Assembly: GCA_900768845.1 (NCBI GenBank)
Contig: CAAGEK010000064.1
Coordinates: 4,682 to 68,681 of the forward strand
Reading direction: 5' to 3'
Length of the DNA: 64,000 bases
Origin: Alphaproteobacteria bacterium
Lineage (GTDB): Bacteria > Pseudomonadota > Alphaproteobacteria > CAAGCB01 > CAG-977
Positions 19,721 to 30,415 of the stretch are shown here, piece by piece. Both the position numbers and the translations under genes were made by a program. Position 1 is the stretch's first letter; each line of letters starts with the position of its first letter. The notes under the pieces are model-generated. The model made no database searches, had not been told where the DNA came from, and was given only the letters and a program-made list of their open reading frames with translations.

Positions 19721-20428
19721 ATGCGGCGTTTTTTCAAACAGGTTTCCGTCCGTCCCGCGAATCGGGGGTATGCCGTTTTTTTAGACGGCCGCCCGCTGAA
19801 AAATATGGCGGACGGGCGGGAATTTTCCCTGCCGTCACAGGCTTTGGCCGGATTTATCGCCGAAGAATGGTCTGCCGCGGGCGAAGAGTTCGATTTGACC
19901 TCGATGCCTGCATCGCGTTTGACGATGGGGGCTATGGCATTGAAGGACGCGGATCGCGAAGCGGTCGTATCGAAACTGATTGATGCGGCAAAAAACGATA
20001 CGCTTTGTTTTTTCGCGCCTTATCCCGAAGCTTTGACCAAGCGTCAGGAGGAATGTTGGCGTCCTTTGATCGACCGGATGAACGATCGGGGATGCGCGTT
20101 TGAACCGACGCGGAATTTGTCTCCGCCGCCTTTGGCGGAATCAACGCGGGAGTTTTTAAAAAATGAAATGCGGCGGGCGGATAACATTCCTTTGGCTTGT
20201 CTGCAGGTTTTGTCCGGCGTGTTCGGATCGGTGATTTTGGCTTTTGCCGTGCGGGAAGGGGATTTGACGGCGAAAGAGGCGTTTGAAGCGTCGTGTTTGG
20301 AGGAATTGTTTCAAAACGATTTGTGGCATACGGACGAAGAGGCGTTGACGGCGCGGCAAAACCGCGAACGGGATGCGTGTTTGGCCGCAAAGGTTTTGCA
20401 TTTGTATGAAGGAAGGAAAAATGGCTGA
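19721..20428 (+). CDS. ATP12-family F1-ATPase assembly chaperone
   Basis: The 235-aa ORF starts MRRFFKQVSV...GYAVFLDGRPLKN, a typical ATP12/ATPAF2 N-terminus; this family is confined to alphaproteobacteria and mitochondria. Confidence 0.55.
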   Translation: MRRFFKQVSVRPANRGYAVFLDGRPLKNMADGREFSLPSQALAGFIAEEWSAAGEEFDLTSMPASRLTMGAMALKDADREAVVSKLIDAAKNDTLCFFAPYPEALTKRQEECWRPLIDRMNDRGCAFEPTRNLSPPPLAESTREFLKNEMRRADNIPLACLQVLSGVFGSVILAFAVREGDLTAKEAFEASCLEELFQNDLWHTDEEALTARQNRERDACLAAKVLHLYEGRKNG

Positions 20429-20717
20429 AGAAACGGCGCACGTCCGTATTCACGGGCGCGTTCAAGGGGTTTTTTACCGGCAATGGACAATGTCGGAAGC
20501 GCGGGCTCGCGGTTTGTCGGGATGGGTCAGAAACCGCGTTGACGGAACCGTGGAAGCGGTGTTCAAAGGCGAAGAATCGGTCGTCAGGGATATGTTCCAA
20601 GCTTGTAAACGCGGGTCGCCGCGTGCGTTTGTCACCAAAGTCGAACATCAGCTTGCTCCGGATGCGCCGATGGAGGAAATTACGGACGGCGTTTTCGATC
20701 AAAAAAGGACGGTTTAA
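20421..20717 (+). CDS. acyP: acylphosphatase
   Basis: VRIHGRVQGVFYRQWT...GLSGWVRNRVDGTVEAVFKGEE is the acylphosphatase signature. The ATG at 20421 follows a GGAAGGAAAA ribosome-binding site. Confidence 0.75.
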   Translation: MAEETAHVRIHGRVQGVFYRQWTMSEARARGLSGWVRNRVDGTVEAVFKGEESVVRDMFQACKRGSPRAFVTKVEHQLAPDAPMEEITDGVFDQKRTV

Positions 20718-21364
20718 AGCGATGTTACAAAACGGACGGGGGCTTTGATCAAGTTTCCGAAGTATGTGGCGAAAGCGTGATCCAACATATTTACCCCCGT
20801 GACGTTCGCACCCGAAGCTTTCATTGACGTGACGCCGAAATCCGCCAGCCCGCAAGGAATGATGCCGTCAAAAGCGTTCAAATCGGGCATGATATTGACG
20901 GATATGCCATGAAACGATATGCCGTGCCGGATTCTCAATCCCAGCGCGGCGATTTTTTTTTCCGTTCCGTTTTCATCCGTAACCCACAATCCGATGCGGT
21001 CGGGAACGGTACGGGCTTTGACGCCGTAATCGGACAGGGCGTTTATGGCGGCCAGTTGTAACAGCTCGACGAAACGTTTCGGGGACAGATGAGCCTTGTT
21101 TAAATCCAAAATGGCGTAAATGACGCGCTGACCTTTGCCGTGCCAAGTGTATTTTCCGCCCCGATTCGTTTGGAAAACGGGGAAACGGGCGTTTTTCAAT
21201 TCCGACGGATCCGCGTGAATTCCCGCTGTGTAAACATCTTGATGCTCTAAAAACCACAAAGCCTCGTTTTCTGTTCCGTTGCGGACGGCTTGCACGCGCT
21301 TTTCCATCATTTCCACGGCGTCGGGGTAGGAAATCGGGGTATCGAACACAAAACAATCGATCAT
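20714..21364 (-). CDS. lipB: lipoyl(octanoyl) transferase
   Basis: The 216-aa ORF has LipB motifs (TNRGGKYTWHGKGQRVIYAILDL...HGISFHGISVN). Confidence 0.85.
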   Translation of the reverse strand: MIDCFVFDTPISYPDAVEMMEKRVQAVRNGTENEALWFLEHQDVYTAGIHADPSELKNARFPVFQTNRGGKYTWHGKGQRVIYAILDLNKAHLSPKRFVELLQLAAINALSDYGVKARTVPDRIGLWVTDENGTEKKIAALGLRIRHGISFHGISVNIMPDLNAFDGIIPCGLADFGVTSMKASGANVTGVNMLDHAFATYFGNLIKAPVRFVTSL

Positions 21365-21433
21365 TTATTTTTCCTGTTGTATTTTTATTGATAATTTGGT
21401 ATTTGAAAATGTCTTTGAATGCAAGACGGTAAT

Positions 21434-21520
21434 GCGGCTGTGGCGGAATTGGTAGACGCTCAGCGTTGAGGTCGCTGTGGATTAATCTCCGTGGAAGTTC
21501 GAGTCTTCTCAGCCGCACCA
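21434..21520 (+). tRNA. tRNA-Leu (anticodon GAG)
   Basis: GCGGCTGTGGCGGAATTGGTAGACGCTCAGCGTTGAGGTCGCTG...long variable arm...GAAGTTCGAGTCTTCTCAGCCGCACCA folds as a class II tRNA with anticodon loop TTGAGGT. Confidence 0.85.
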
Positions 21521-21523
21521 TTA

Positions 21524-21552
21524 AAAAGCACCCTTTCGGGTGCTTTTTTTGT
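21524..21552 (+). terminator. rho-independent terminator after tRNA-Leu
   Basis: AGCACCC-TTTC-GGGTGCT is followed by a T7 run. Confidence 0.5.
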
Positions 21553-21596
21553 TTCGGAAGAGGAAAAAGGCTTTCCCCGAAAACACGATGTTTCGA

Positions 21597-21968
21597 TTAT
21601 TTGACGTGAGTGTGAAAAACTTTGGCAAGCAATTTCCATTTAGCCCCGTCCCGTACCAACAAAAACATATCGGTATAACGGTTTCCGTGCCAGTTGTCGG
21701 ATTCCACTTTCGCATAAGCGATATCACCGGCAATATCCACCGCCGTAATGGCCGCCCTCATTCCGGTCGCGGCAGGGTTTTCATCCAAGAATTCAAACAA
21801 CGTTTCCATTGAGCCGCCGCTGACGGTGCCGTTCGGGGCACTGTAAATGATCGCGTCTTTGTATACGGACGGACGCAGAATATCTGCGCGTCCTTGTTTG
21901 CCCGCATTGATATAATCGTCAATCGCCTGTTTTACACCGTTCAAATCCTGTTCGTTTATAGGTTGCAT
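21597..21968 (-). CDS. NTF2-like/SnoaL-like small protein (DUF4440-like), 123 aa
   Basis: MQPINEQDLNGVKQAIDDYINAGKQGRADIL...DNWHGNRYTDMFLLVRDGAKWKLLAKVFH resembles the NTF2-like fold family. The ATG at 21968 was chosen and the longer upstream ORF rejected. It lies divergent to an HxlR-type regulator. Confidence 0.45.
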   Translation of the reverse strand: MQPINEQDLNGVKQAIDDYINAGKQGRADILRPSVYKDAIIYSAPNGTVSGGSMETLFEFLDENPAATGMRAAITAVDIAGDIAYAKVESDNWHGNRYTDMFLLVRDGAKWKLLAKVFHTHVK

Positions 21969-22189
21969 TATAGTTTCTCCCGTATTTTTGTACATATTCA
22001 CGGTTGTCCGATGCCGTATCCGATGCCGATTCCGACCGGAAAAGCCGTTGTGATAACGGCTGTGTTTTTTACAACCGTTTGGACTTTTCTTCCGATCAAA
22101 TCCGTTGCAATGCAAATAATGCCCATATATGCTGTATATGGCAATACGCACAAATTTGTATAGTACTAACCAAATGGAAAGTGTCACTC

Positions 22190-22525
22190 ATGAAGCACTG
22201 CATTGAACCGGATACGCGCATGGAAGACGTCGGATTCGGATATACGCTGTCGGTTATCGGCGGCAAATACAAGATGATCATTCTGTATTGGCTGGGCGAA
22301 TATGGTATTCTGAGGCATAACGCACTGCACCGTTTAATCGGAAAAATATCCTTTAAAATGCTCAGTTCGACACTCAAAGAACTGGAAGCCGACGGTTTGA
22401 TCATCCGCAAAGTATATCCGCAAGTCCCGCCGAAAGTGGAATACAGTTTGTCCGACAAAGGAAAATCGCTCATTCCGATACTGTTTTCCTTGTGCGAATG
22501 GGGCGATAAAAACAGAAACAAATAG
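22190..22525 (+). CDS. HxlR-family (MarR-like winged-helix) transcriptional regulator
   Basis: YTLSVIGGKYKMIILYWL...LSSTLKELEADGLIIRKVYPQVPPKVEYSLSDKGKSL is the HxlR signature. The ATG at 22190 was chosen by homology. Confidence 0.7.
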   Translation: MKHCIEPDTRMEDVGFGYTLSVIGGKYKMIILYWLGEYGILRHNALHRLIGKISFKMLSSTLKELEADGLIIRKVYPQVPPKVEYSLSDKGKSLIPILFSLCEWGDKNRNK

Positions 22526-22568
22526 CCGAACCGCCCGTCGGAGCGGAGGCTTTCCGGAACGGCGCATA

Positions 22569-22598
22569 AAAAAACTCCGGACGAACCGGAGTTTTTTA
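22569..22598. terminator. bidirectional rho-independent terminator
   Basis: A7-CTCCGG-ACGAA-CCGGAG-T6 serves hxlR on the plus strand and tRNA-His on the minus strand. Confidence 0.5.
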
Positions 22599-22601
22599 AA
22601 A

Positions 22602-22679
22602 TGGGGCGAGAGATGAGACTCGAACTCACGACATTCGGAACCACAATCCGACGCTCTAACCAACTGAGCTACACTCGCC
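22602..22679 (-). tRNA. tRNA-His (anticodon GTG) with G-1
   Basis: The reverse complement GGCGAGTGTAGCTCAGTTGGTTAGAGCGTCGGATTGTGGTTCCGAATGTCGTGAGTTCGAGTCTCATCTCTCGCCCCA is near-identical in architecture to E. coli tRNA-His, including the extra 5' G. Confidence 0.8.
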
Positions 22680-22799
22680 ATCGGGACATAGAGCTTATCT
22701 ACCGTGCTTTGAATGTTATGTCAACGGTTATTTTTCAAAGGTTTCTCTTTTTTGCGCAAAAGAAGGTATTTCTTGAAATATTTCCCGTACTTTGGTTAG

Positions 22800-23171
<372 letters not shown>

Positions 23172-23188
23172 CATTTGGGAAAAATTTA

Positions 23189-24610
23189 ATGAAGCACAAT
23201 TTTAAAAACGCACGGGATTTGTTGGATTATGTCGCTCGAGAATCCGTGCCGTACGTTGATTTCCGCTTTACGGACTATAAGGGCAAATGGCATCACGTCA
23301 CGTTTCGCAGCGATGTTCTGGACGAAGATATGTTGGATGAAGGCCTGTTGTTCGACGGATCGTCGATTGAAGGGTGGAAAGCCGTCAATGAATCGGATAT
23401 GCAGCTGAAGCCCGATTATTCGACGGCGGTTTCCGATCCGTTCGCGGCGCAAAAAACGCTGTTCGTCACTTGCGACATTCTTGATCCGGTTACGGGGACG
23501 TCCTATGATCGCGATCCCAGATCCACGGTCAGGAAAGCCGACGCTTATTTGAAATCGACGGGCATCGCCGATACCGTTTATGTCGGAGCCGAGGCCGAAT
23601 TTTTCATTTTCGACGACGTGCGCACCAGTTTGAAACCCAATAAGATATCGTTTGAAATTTCGTCCGTCGAAGGCGACAGCATGGCCGACAAGGAAATCGC
23701 CGGAGGCAATCACGGACACCGCCCCGGAGCCAAAGGCGGATATTTCCCCGTCGCTCCGGTCGATTCGGCGAACGATTTGCGTGCGGAAATGCTGTCCGTG
23801 ATGGCGGAAATCGGTCTGCCGGTTGACAAGCATCATCACGAAGTCGCCGTCGGCCAGCAGGAATTGGGATTTACGTTTGACGAGATGTTGAAAACGGCGG
23901 ATAACGTTCAAGCCTATAAGTACGTCGTGCGCAATGTCGCGCATATGTACGGAAAGACGGCGACGTTCATGCCCAAACCCGTGATGGGGGACAACGGTTC
24001 GGGAATGCACACGCATTTTTCTTTGTGGAAAGACGGGAAACCTTTGTTCGCCGGAACGGGATATGCCGATTTGTCCGACAAGGCGTTGTATTTTATCGGC
24101 GGTATCATCAAACACGCCAAAGCATTGAATGCTTTCGCCAATCCCACCACAAACAGCTATAAACGTTTGGTTCCCGGTTTTGAGGCTCCCGTTTTGCTGG
24201 CGTATTCGGCTCGAAACCGTTCGGCGTCCTGCCGTATTCCGTTCGGGACGGGACCGAAATCGAAACGCGTGGAAATCCGTTTTCCGGACACTTCAGCCAA
24301 TCCGTATCTGGCTTTTGCGGCAATGATGATGGCGGGCGTTGACGGGATTGAAAACAAACTTTCCCCCGGCGAGCCGATGGATAAAAACCTGTACGACCTG
24401 CCCCCCGAAGAATTGAAAGACATTCCTTCGGTGGCGACAAGCCTGAAAGAAGCGTTGGACGCGTTGGATTCGGATCGTGCGTTTTTGAAAAAAGGCGGCG
24501 TGTTTTCCGATGAGCTGATTGATTCTTTTTTGGCGGTAAAACGTGCGGAAGTCAGCGAATATGACAGGACGCCGCATCCGTTGGAATTCCGGATGTATTA
24601 TTCCGTTTAG
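23189..24610 (+). CDS. glnA: glutamine synthetase type I
   Basis: The 473-aa ORF carries GSI motifs ([18 protein letters not shown], adenylylation-site region NLYDLPPEE) and follows the glnB-glnA arrangement. Confidence 0.9.
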   Translation: MKHNFKNARDLLDYVARESVPYVDFRFTDYKGKWHHVTFRSDVLDEDMLDEGLLFDGSSIEGWKAVNESDMQLKPDYSTAVSDPFAAQKTLFVTCDILDPVTGTSYDRDPRSTVRKADAYLKSTGIADTVYVGAEAEFFIFDDVRTSLKPNKISFEISSVEGDSMADKEIAGGNHGHRPGAKGGYFPVAPVDSANDLRAEMLSVMAEIGLPVDKHHHEVAVGQQELGFTFDEMLKTADNVQAYKYVVRNVAHMYGKTATFMPKPVMGDNGSGMHTHFSLWKDGKPLFAGTGYADLSDKALYFIGGIIKHAKALNAFANPTTNSYKRLVPGFEAPVLLAYSARNRSASCRIPFGTGPKSKRVEIRFPDTSANPYLAFAAMMMAGVDGIENKLSPGEPMDKNLYDLPPEELKDIPSVATSLKEALDALDSDRAFLKKGGVFSDELIDSFLAVKRAEVSEYDRTPHPLEFRMYYSV

Positions 24611-24613
24611 GCG

Positions 24614-25954
24614 ATGTCCTTCCGCTTTGCCTTTTGCCTGCTTTTGTTCCTGTGTCTGCCGTTTTGCGTGCAGGCACGGGAAATTTTTTTAATCGGTGAC
24701 GAAGAAACCGAACGCTTGCTTTATTCCTTTCAACGGCCGTTGTTTCAAAAAGCGGGGTTGGACGCAGGAACGGTGAAAATCCGGTTGATCAAAGACGGAA
24801 GCCTGAACGCTTTCGCCGTTCGGGGCGGATATGTTTTCGTGCATACCGGATTGCTGTTGAAAGCGAATGACGCTCAAGAAGTCATTGCCGTTTTGGCGCA
24901 TGAAACGGGACACGTCGCCGGCGGTCACATTATCCGGTTGGCCGGAAATGTCGAGCGTGCGCGCAGAAACGTTATGATATCGATGCTGTTGGGGACGCTT
25001 GCGGCGGCGGCGGGCGGGACTCAAGCCGGAGCCGCCGTCATCGCCGGCGGAATGAACGCGACGGAAGGTATGCTTGCCGGATACCGCCGAGCGGAGGAAA
25101 ATGCGGCGGATCAGGCGGCCGTTTCCCTGTTAAAAGCGACAGGACACGATTTAAGCGGTTTTGAAAGCGTGATGAAAAAGCTGGAACGTCAGGAAAGATT
25201 GACGCCCGAATATAAAGAAACGGCTTTTCTGCGTTCGCATCCCGCGGTTCGCGAAAGGCTGGAATTCGTTTCGGAAAAGCGAAAGCAGGCGAAGGAGCCA
25301 TCCCCTTCGGACATGGAGGCGATGAGCCGTGAAAACGAAGCCTTTAAAAGGGTTCAGGCGAAATTGTACGCTTTTTTGGAACCGTTTGATAAAACGTTTT
25401 TGCGCTATCCCGAATCCGACACGGGAATTGCGGCAAGGTACGCCCGAGCGATTGCCTGTTACCGGAAAGGCCGTTTCGACGACGCTTTGCGATTGACGGA
25501 CGCTCTGATTCGCGATTATCCCTCCGATCCTTATTTTTATGAATTGAAAGGCCAGATGCTGTTTGAAACGGGACGGGCGGAACAGGCCGTTTCCGCGTAT
25601 GAAAAAGCGTCCGCCCTTTTGCCGGAATCCGTTTTGATGCGCATCGGTCTGGCACAGGCTCAGATTGAAACGGATCGTCCGGAAATGTTAAAGGCGGCGG
25701 TGAAAAATCTGGAATTTGCGGCGGCGGAGAATTCGGATTTTCCTTTTGTCCGCCGGTTGCAGGCGACCGCTTATTCCCGCACGGGACAAGACGGGATGGC
25801 GGCGTATGCCATGGCCGAGTATCATTTTTTAAACGGCGATATGCAAAAAGCCGCCCTGTTCGCCCGAAAAGCTCTGGAATCGATTGCCGCCGGTTCTGCG
25901 GCGGGGATGCGCGCCGCGGACATTTCCGCCCGTTCGGAAGAGGCTGAAAACTAA
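24614..25954 (+). CDS. M48-family Zn metalloprotease with C-terminal TPR region (BepA/YfgC-like)
   Basis: A signal peptide, HETGHVAGGH (HExxH) and TPR-like repeats in the C-terminal half are present. Confidence 0.7.
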   Translation: MSFRFAFCLLLFLCLPFCVQAREIFLIGDEETERLLYSFQRPLFQKAGLDAGTVKIRLIKDGSLNAFAVRGGYVFVHTGLLLKANDAQEVIAVLAHETGHVAGGHIIRLAGNVERARRNVMISMLLGTLAAAAGGTQAGAAVIAGGMNATEGMLAGYRRAEENAADQAAVSLLKATGHDLSGFESVMKKLERQERLTPEYKETAFLRSHPAVRERLEFVSEKRKQAKEPSPSDMEAMSRENEAFKRVQAKLYAFLEPFDKTFLRYPESDTGIAARYARAIACYRKGRFDDALRLTDALIRDYPSDPYFYELKGQMLFETGRAEQAVSAYEKASALLPESVLMRIGLAQAQIETDRPEMLKAAVKNLEFAAAENSDFPFVRRLQATAYSRTGQDGMAAYAMAEYHFLNGDMQKAALFARKALESIAAGSAAGMRAADISARSEEAEN

Positions 25955-26033
25955 GAATAAAGGCGGTCTTGCCAGTTTGTTTTTTTAGGTATATCATCTT
26001 ACCCGTTAATTATACAACCAAGGGGAAAATAGA

Positions 26034-26783
26034 ATGTTGCGTAATTTGTGTGTAATGTCGTTGATCGCCGCAGCTACGGCTGTTCCTGCGGCTTCCGAAG
26101 CCGCCGTTTTGGGCTTGATGACCAAAGCGGACGTAGACAAAGCGGTCGCGGAATATCTGGATGCGAATCCTCAGGTCGTTGCTCAGGCTCTGCAGAAATA
26201 TCAACAGATTCAAGAAGCCGAAAAACAGGCGGCCATTGCCAAAGCGATAGACGCCGTCCGCCCTGCATTGGAACGTGATCCGACTTCTCCGGTTATCGGA
26301 AACCCCGACGGCGACGTGACGGTTGTTGAATTTTTCGATTATCAGTGCGGTTTTTGCAAACGTATGTTCCAGAAAGTTTTGGACGGTGTGAACGCCGACG
26401 GAAACGTCCGTTGGGTGTTGCGCGATTTGCCGACGCTGGGACCCATTTCCCGCACGGCGGCCAAGGCGAGTCTGGCGGCGCAGAATCAGGGTAAATTCTT
26501 TGAATATCATCAGGCGATGATGACAAATTCCGACCGTTTGGAAACGGATGAAGACGTTTTGAAGGTCGCCAAGAACGCCGGTTTGGATATCGACCGTTTG
26601 AAAGCCGATATGGAATCGCCGGAAATCAACAAGATTTTGAACGATAACGCCCGTTTGGCTCAAGTGGTTCAAACGCAGGGCGTTCCCAACTTTGTCATCG
26701 GCACATATATTTCCCACGGTGCGATGATGGGGAACGAACTGGAGGAAAATATCGCCAAAACGCGTGCGGCGAACAAAAAATAA
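26034..26783 (+). CDS. DsbA-family periplasmic thiol:disulfide oxidoreductase
   Basis: A signal peptide and the thioredoxin-fold CGFC active site (FFDYQCGFCKRMF) are present. Confidence 0.7.
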   Translation: MLRNLCVMSLIAAATAVPAASEAAVLGLMTKADVDKAVAEYLDANPQVVAQALQKYQQIQEAEKQAAIAKAIDAVRPALERDPTSPVIGNPDGDVTVVEFFDYQCGFCKRMFQKVLDGVNADGNVRWVLRDLPTLGPISRTAAKASLAAQNQGKFFEYHQAMMTNSDRLETDEDVLKVAKNAGLDIDRLKADMESPEINKILNDNARLAQVVQTQGVPNFVIGTYISHGAMMGNELEENIAKTRAANKK

Positions 26784-26799
26784 GCTTTCAATTTTTAAC

Positions 26800-26828
26800 G
26801 AAGCCCCCGATTTTCGGGGGCTTTTTTA
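26800..26828. terminator. rho-independent terminator
   Basis: AAGCCCCCG-ATTTT-CGGGGGC is followed by a T7 run. Confidence 0.5.
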
Positions 26829-26976
26829 TCGCCCGTGATGAAACGGAAAAAAGGACGACTTGCCGGATTCAGGACGGATGTTTACGGCAAAAAACACTCC
26901 CGGACAGAGAGGTATTCTTCAGGCGGCCGCGCTTGTCAAATCTTGGCGTTTTTTCGGAGAAATGAAAGCAACGGGA

Positions 26977-29900
26977 CTATTCACCGCGCTGAAGGGAATC
27001 GGTCAGCTCTTTTTCCTTCGCTTTTTTGACGGCGGGCACGTTTGTTTTTTGCAACGGCGGCGGCAGTTCTTCGGATTTGAACAAAACGGTTTTGGCCGAT
27101 GAAGAAACGGACGGAGAAGGTTGTGAAGGCGTTTGTGTGCGGGCGTCTTTTTTGCTTAAATCTTCATCCGAATTTGCGATTTTTCCCAACAATTCCCTGA
27201 CCGCTCCGGGGGCAAGCGCGGAAAAGGCGTTTACGGAAATATGCGGAGAGGGCAGCTTTCCCTTTACCGTGTATGTCGGCGCAATCAAACCGCCGCCTTT
27301 TTCTCCGGCAAACAGCTTTCCGATAAGGGGGATTTTGCCCAAAAAGCTGTTGAGGGTGTAAAACGGCACCAACGATCCGCGCATATTGAAATATCCGCTG
27401 TCCCGATAATATTTCCCGCTCAACGTAATGCCCAGCGACGATCCTGCAACGACGCCGTCTTTGATCGCTACGGCGGCGTCGGTGATGGAATAGGGGATTT
27501 CCGCACTGTCGAAAGCCAATCCTTCGCCTTTGAACATATCGACAATGCCCGTGAGGGAGGTCAGCATTAAAATGCGGGACAGGACGGGCATTTCAACCAT
27601 TCTGAATTCGGAAACCTTGAGCGTTCCGAATGAAATTTGCAGTTTCGGATCGTATTTGCCTTCGGCTTGCAATTTTCCGCCGCGGATTGACGAAATGTAA
27701 TCCAACGCCGCCAAAGATCCTCCGGCGTCTTCGGAAGCCAGAGAATAAACATATTCCGTTCCGTCGCCGTTCGGGGAAAGCGAAAAATGCAAAGGGATTT
27801 TGTTTTGACCGACCAATCCGACGGCTTTGATTTTTTCCCATGCCGATTCGTTGCGTTTGGCGAAAAGGGCGTTGTTTTCCGTGTATCCTTTCGAGCTGAG
27901 CCATACTTTGTCGAGGGCGGCGTTGATCAGCAAGGATTTTTCAGGATGCGCCCGTTCGGACTTTTCCCTTTTCGCCTCTTTCTTTTCCTTTGCTTCGGAA
28001 GAATCTCCCGCGATCAGACCGCTGATGTCCAAAGATGCGCCGCTCAAGTCGAACTTCAGTGAATTATCGCCGAAACGGATTCGGGCTTTGGCGTCAGTCC
28101 GCCCCGTTTTTACGGAATCGAGCAACAATTCCTTTAAGTCGCCCTTTTCGTCAAAAGTCAATTTCCCGCGGGCGGCGTTTCCCGCCGCGTCGCTGAGGGA
28201 AAAATCGGGAACGTCCGTCAGAACGTCGTCTTTCAACAATAAGGTGACGGATCCTTTGCCGTGAGTGTTCAAGGGCTTTTTCCATCCGACGGGGCGCAGA
28301 AAGATTTCTGCACCTTTGAGATCGAAATCCGTCTTTACCGTCGCCGATCCCGACCGTTTTCCCTTTAAACGCAATGCCGCCTTGACATTTCCGGAAACGG
28401 ACGGAGGCACCAGAAGCTTTGAACCGAAATCGAAATGAGCCCGCGTCGCATCGTTCAACGAGGTGTTAAAGGAAATGTCCGTTTTTTCCTGTTTGTTCCT
28501 GTCAAAACTCATTTTGACCGAAAAGTCCGCGGGGCTGGTGAAAAACATTCCCGTTCCGGTCAAACCGACGTCTTTTTCCCGTACTTTCAACGTCATGGAA
28601 GCCTGTTGCAATCCGTAATCCAACACAATGTCCTTTAAAGAGGCATTTTTGATTTCCGCATCCGCGTTGACTTTGACCTGTTCGTCCGATGTGAAAGCGT
28701 CTCCGATCGGAAAGTCCAAAGTCAGCGTGCCTTTTACCAGTCCTTTCGTCTTTTCGGGACGAACGCCGATTTCCCGTGTCAGATCCAACGGCGGCTGATC
28801 CAAAATCGTCAAAGCGTCTTTCAGACTGCCTTCCAAATCAAGGACGACTTTTCCGTCGGAAAACTCTTTTTCCAAATTGTAAAACGAAACCAGCCCTTTG
28901 GTGACGGAAACACCGTAAGTCGCTCCTTGATTGATATGAATGTCAACGGTTTGGCGGGTCAGATCCAATGTTCCCGCCACGTTTTCGACGGCGGGCATTC
29001 CCTCCATATAGGTTACGTTCGTCCCGCTGATATTGACGGTACCGGCGACACGGTCGCAGTCTATGCCGCTTTCGTCTTTCAATCCGATGAAATGCAGGGC
29101 GAAGGTTCCTTCATGAATGGTGCCGCCGTGCATATTGTCCCTGACCCAGTCGTGAATTTCGGGTTCGATGACCGCAGGCCAGTAAGAAGGCAGTTTGTCG
29201 ACGGGGACGTCCAAAACGGTTGCGTTCATGTCGGCGGAAATGCTTTCCCATCCGTGCGTATCGAAAGCCTTTCCCAATCCGCGAACGGAAATGTTCCCGA
29301 AGGCGCGCCCCGTGTTCATTTGCAATTCAAAGCCGGTTAAGTCGAATTTGTCGCCTTTGTCGTACCAAGCCCCTTTGAGAGAAAAATTTTTCAAATCGAA
29401 ATCGGCAATGACGGGATCGGGCAACAATACGCGTCCCGCGCCGCCTTTGATACGGAACTCGATGCGTTGAATGGCGTCGCGCCAGTCGTCCGGACGTTTC
29501 GATTTTAAAACGGGGGCGATGTCCAGACGGGTTGCCGTTTCAATATCGACGGGGGTGGAAAGTTGTTGCAGGACGGGATATTTTTTTGCGACGGACAAGC
29601 CCGATACATTGATGTTTTTGACGCCGACGGTCACGATCATGTCGGATTTGTTTTTGCCCCATTCCGCAAGGATGTTGACGTTCAGCGGTTTTTTTCGGGT
29701 TGTCAGCTTTAACCGTCCCGTCAAAGTGTTGCGGGAGCGTTTCTCCGCGTATGTCAGATCGGCTTTCGGAATTTCCCATTCGACATTGTGATATTCGTCC
29801 GTAACGCGGATTCTGGCGTCAAGCAATGAAAAACGGGAAATGTAAACGTCTTTTTCCAAAAACGCGATGACGTCCCACACGGGAAAAGGCGTTTCCGCTT

Positions 29901-30351
29901 CCGTTTCCGCGCTTTTCCCTTCCGGTTTCGGCAAGGCGTCCGGCGTGGAGCTGATACTTCCGTCTTTTGCAATGTACAAGCGGATGAAGGGGCGGTGAAC
30001 GGCTAACGTCCGCAAAGCGATCGTTCCGCGCAGCAACGCCGCAAAACTGAAAGAGAGCGACATTTCCGGCACGGAGGAAATCAAAACGCCGTCTTTGTTT
30101 CTCAGGCTGAAATCCTTGACCACCAGTTTGACGGGGCGGGCGGCTTCCCCCCACGCAAGGACGGCGGATCCGATTTTCAACTTCGCTTCGGATTCGGGAA
30201 TGGCGAAAGCGTGAACGATGTACGGGATGATTTCGTTGGCTTCGATGGGGCCTCTGTGCAAACGCCATAAAAACGCGCCGCCGATTGTCATCAGACAGAC
30301 GACGCACAATTGCAAGAATACGAAAAAGAGTTTGAAAAGCTTGCGCAACAC
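26977..30351 (-). CDS. large AsmA-like/YhdP-like (DUF3971-type) envelope protein, 1124 aa
   Basis: It has an N-terminal transmembrane anchor, a very long beta-rich periplasmic body and a C-terminal AsmA_2-like region; its size and composition match the YhdP/TamB-like lipid-transport family. Confidence 0.55.
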   Translation of the reverse strand: MLRKLFKLFFVFLQLCVVCLMTIGGAFLWRLHRGPIEANEIIPYIVHAFAIPESEAKLKIGSAVLAWGEAARPVKLVVKDFSLRNKDGVLISSVPEMSLSFSFAALLRGTIALRTLAVHRPFIRLYIAKDGSISSTPDALPKPEGKSAETEAETPFPVWDVIAFLEKDVYISRFSLLDARIRVTDEYHNVEWEIPKADLTYAEKRSRNTLTGRLKLTTRKKPLNVNILAEWGKNKSDMIVTVGVKNINVSGLSVAKKYPVLQQLSTPVDIETATRLDIAPVLKSKRPDDWRDAIQRIEFRIKGGAGRVLLPDPVIADFDLKNFSLKGAWYDKGDKFDLTGFELQMNTGRAFGNISVRGLGKAFDTHGWESISADMNATVLDVPVDKLPSYWPAVIEPEIHDWVRDNMHGGTIHEGTFALHFIGLKDESGIDCDRVAGTVNISGTNVTYMEGMPAVENVAGTLDLTRQTVDIHINQGATYGVSVTKGLVSFYNLEKEFSDGKVVLDLEGSLKDALTILDQPPLDLTREIGVRPEKTKGLVKGTLTLDFPIGDAFTSDEQVKVNADAEIKNASLKDIVLDYGLQQASMTLKVREKDVGLTGTGMFFTSPADFSVKMSFDRNKQEKTDISFNTSLNDATRAHFDFGSKLLVPPSVSGNVKAALRLKGKRSGSATVKTDFDLKGAEIFLRPVGWKKPLNTHGKGSVTLLLKDDVLTDVPDFSLSDAAGNAARGKLTFDEKGDLKELLLDSVKTGRTDAKARIRFGDNSLKFDLSGASLDISGLIAGDSSEAKEKKEAKREKSERAHPEKSLLINAALDKVWLSSKGYTENNALFAKRNESAWEKIKAVGLVGQNKIPLHFSLSPNGDGTEYVYSLASEDAGGSLAALDYISSIRGGKLQAEGKYDPKLQISFGTLKVSEFRMVEMPVLSRILMLTSLTGIVDMFKGEGLAFDSAEIPYSITDAAVAIKDGVVAGSSLGITLSGKYYRDSGYFNMRGSLVPFYTLNSFLGKIPLIGKLFAGEKGGGLIAPTYTVKGKLPSPHISVNAFSALAPGAVRELLGKIANSDEDLSKKDARTQTPSQPSPSVSSSAKTVLFKSEELPPPLQKTNVPAVKKAKEKELTDSLQRGE

Positions 30352-30415
30352 GTCGTAACCCCTTACTCTGAAAAGAATACTATAGAATCTGCAGTTTTTT
30401 CTTTCTACAGATAAT

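Noticed and set aside
20953-20961. T9/A9 homopolymer inside lipB
   Set aside because: It encodes an in-frame KK within an intact, well-conserved LipB ORF; there is no evidence of a frameshift and it is likely incidental.
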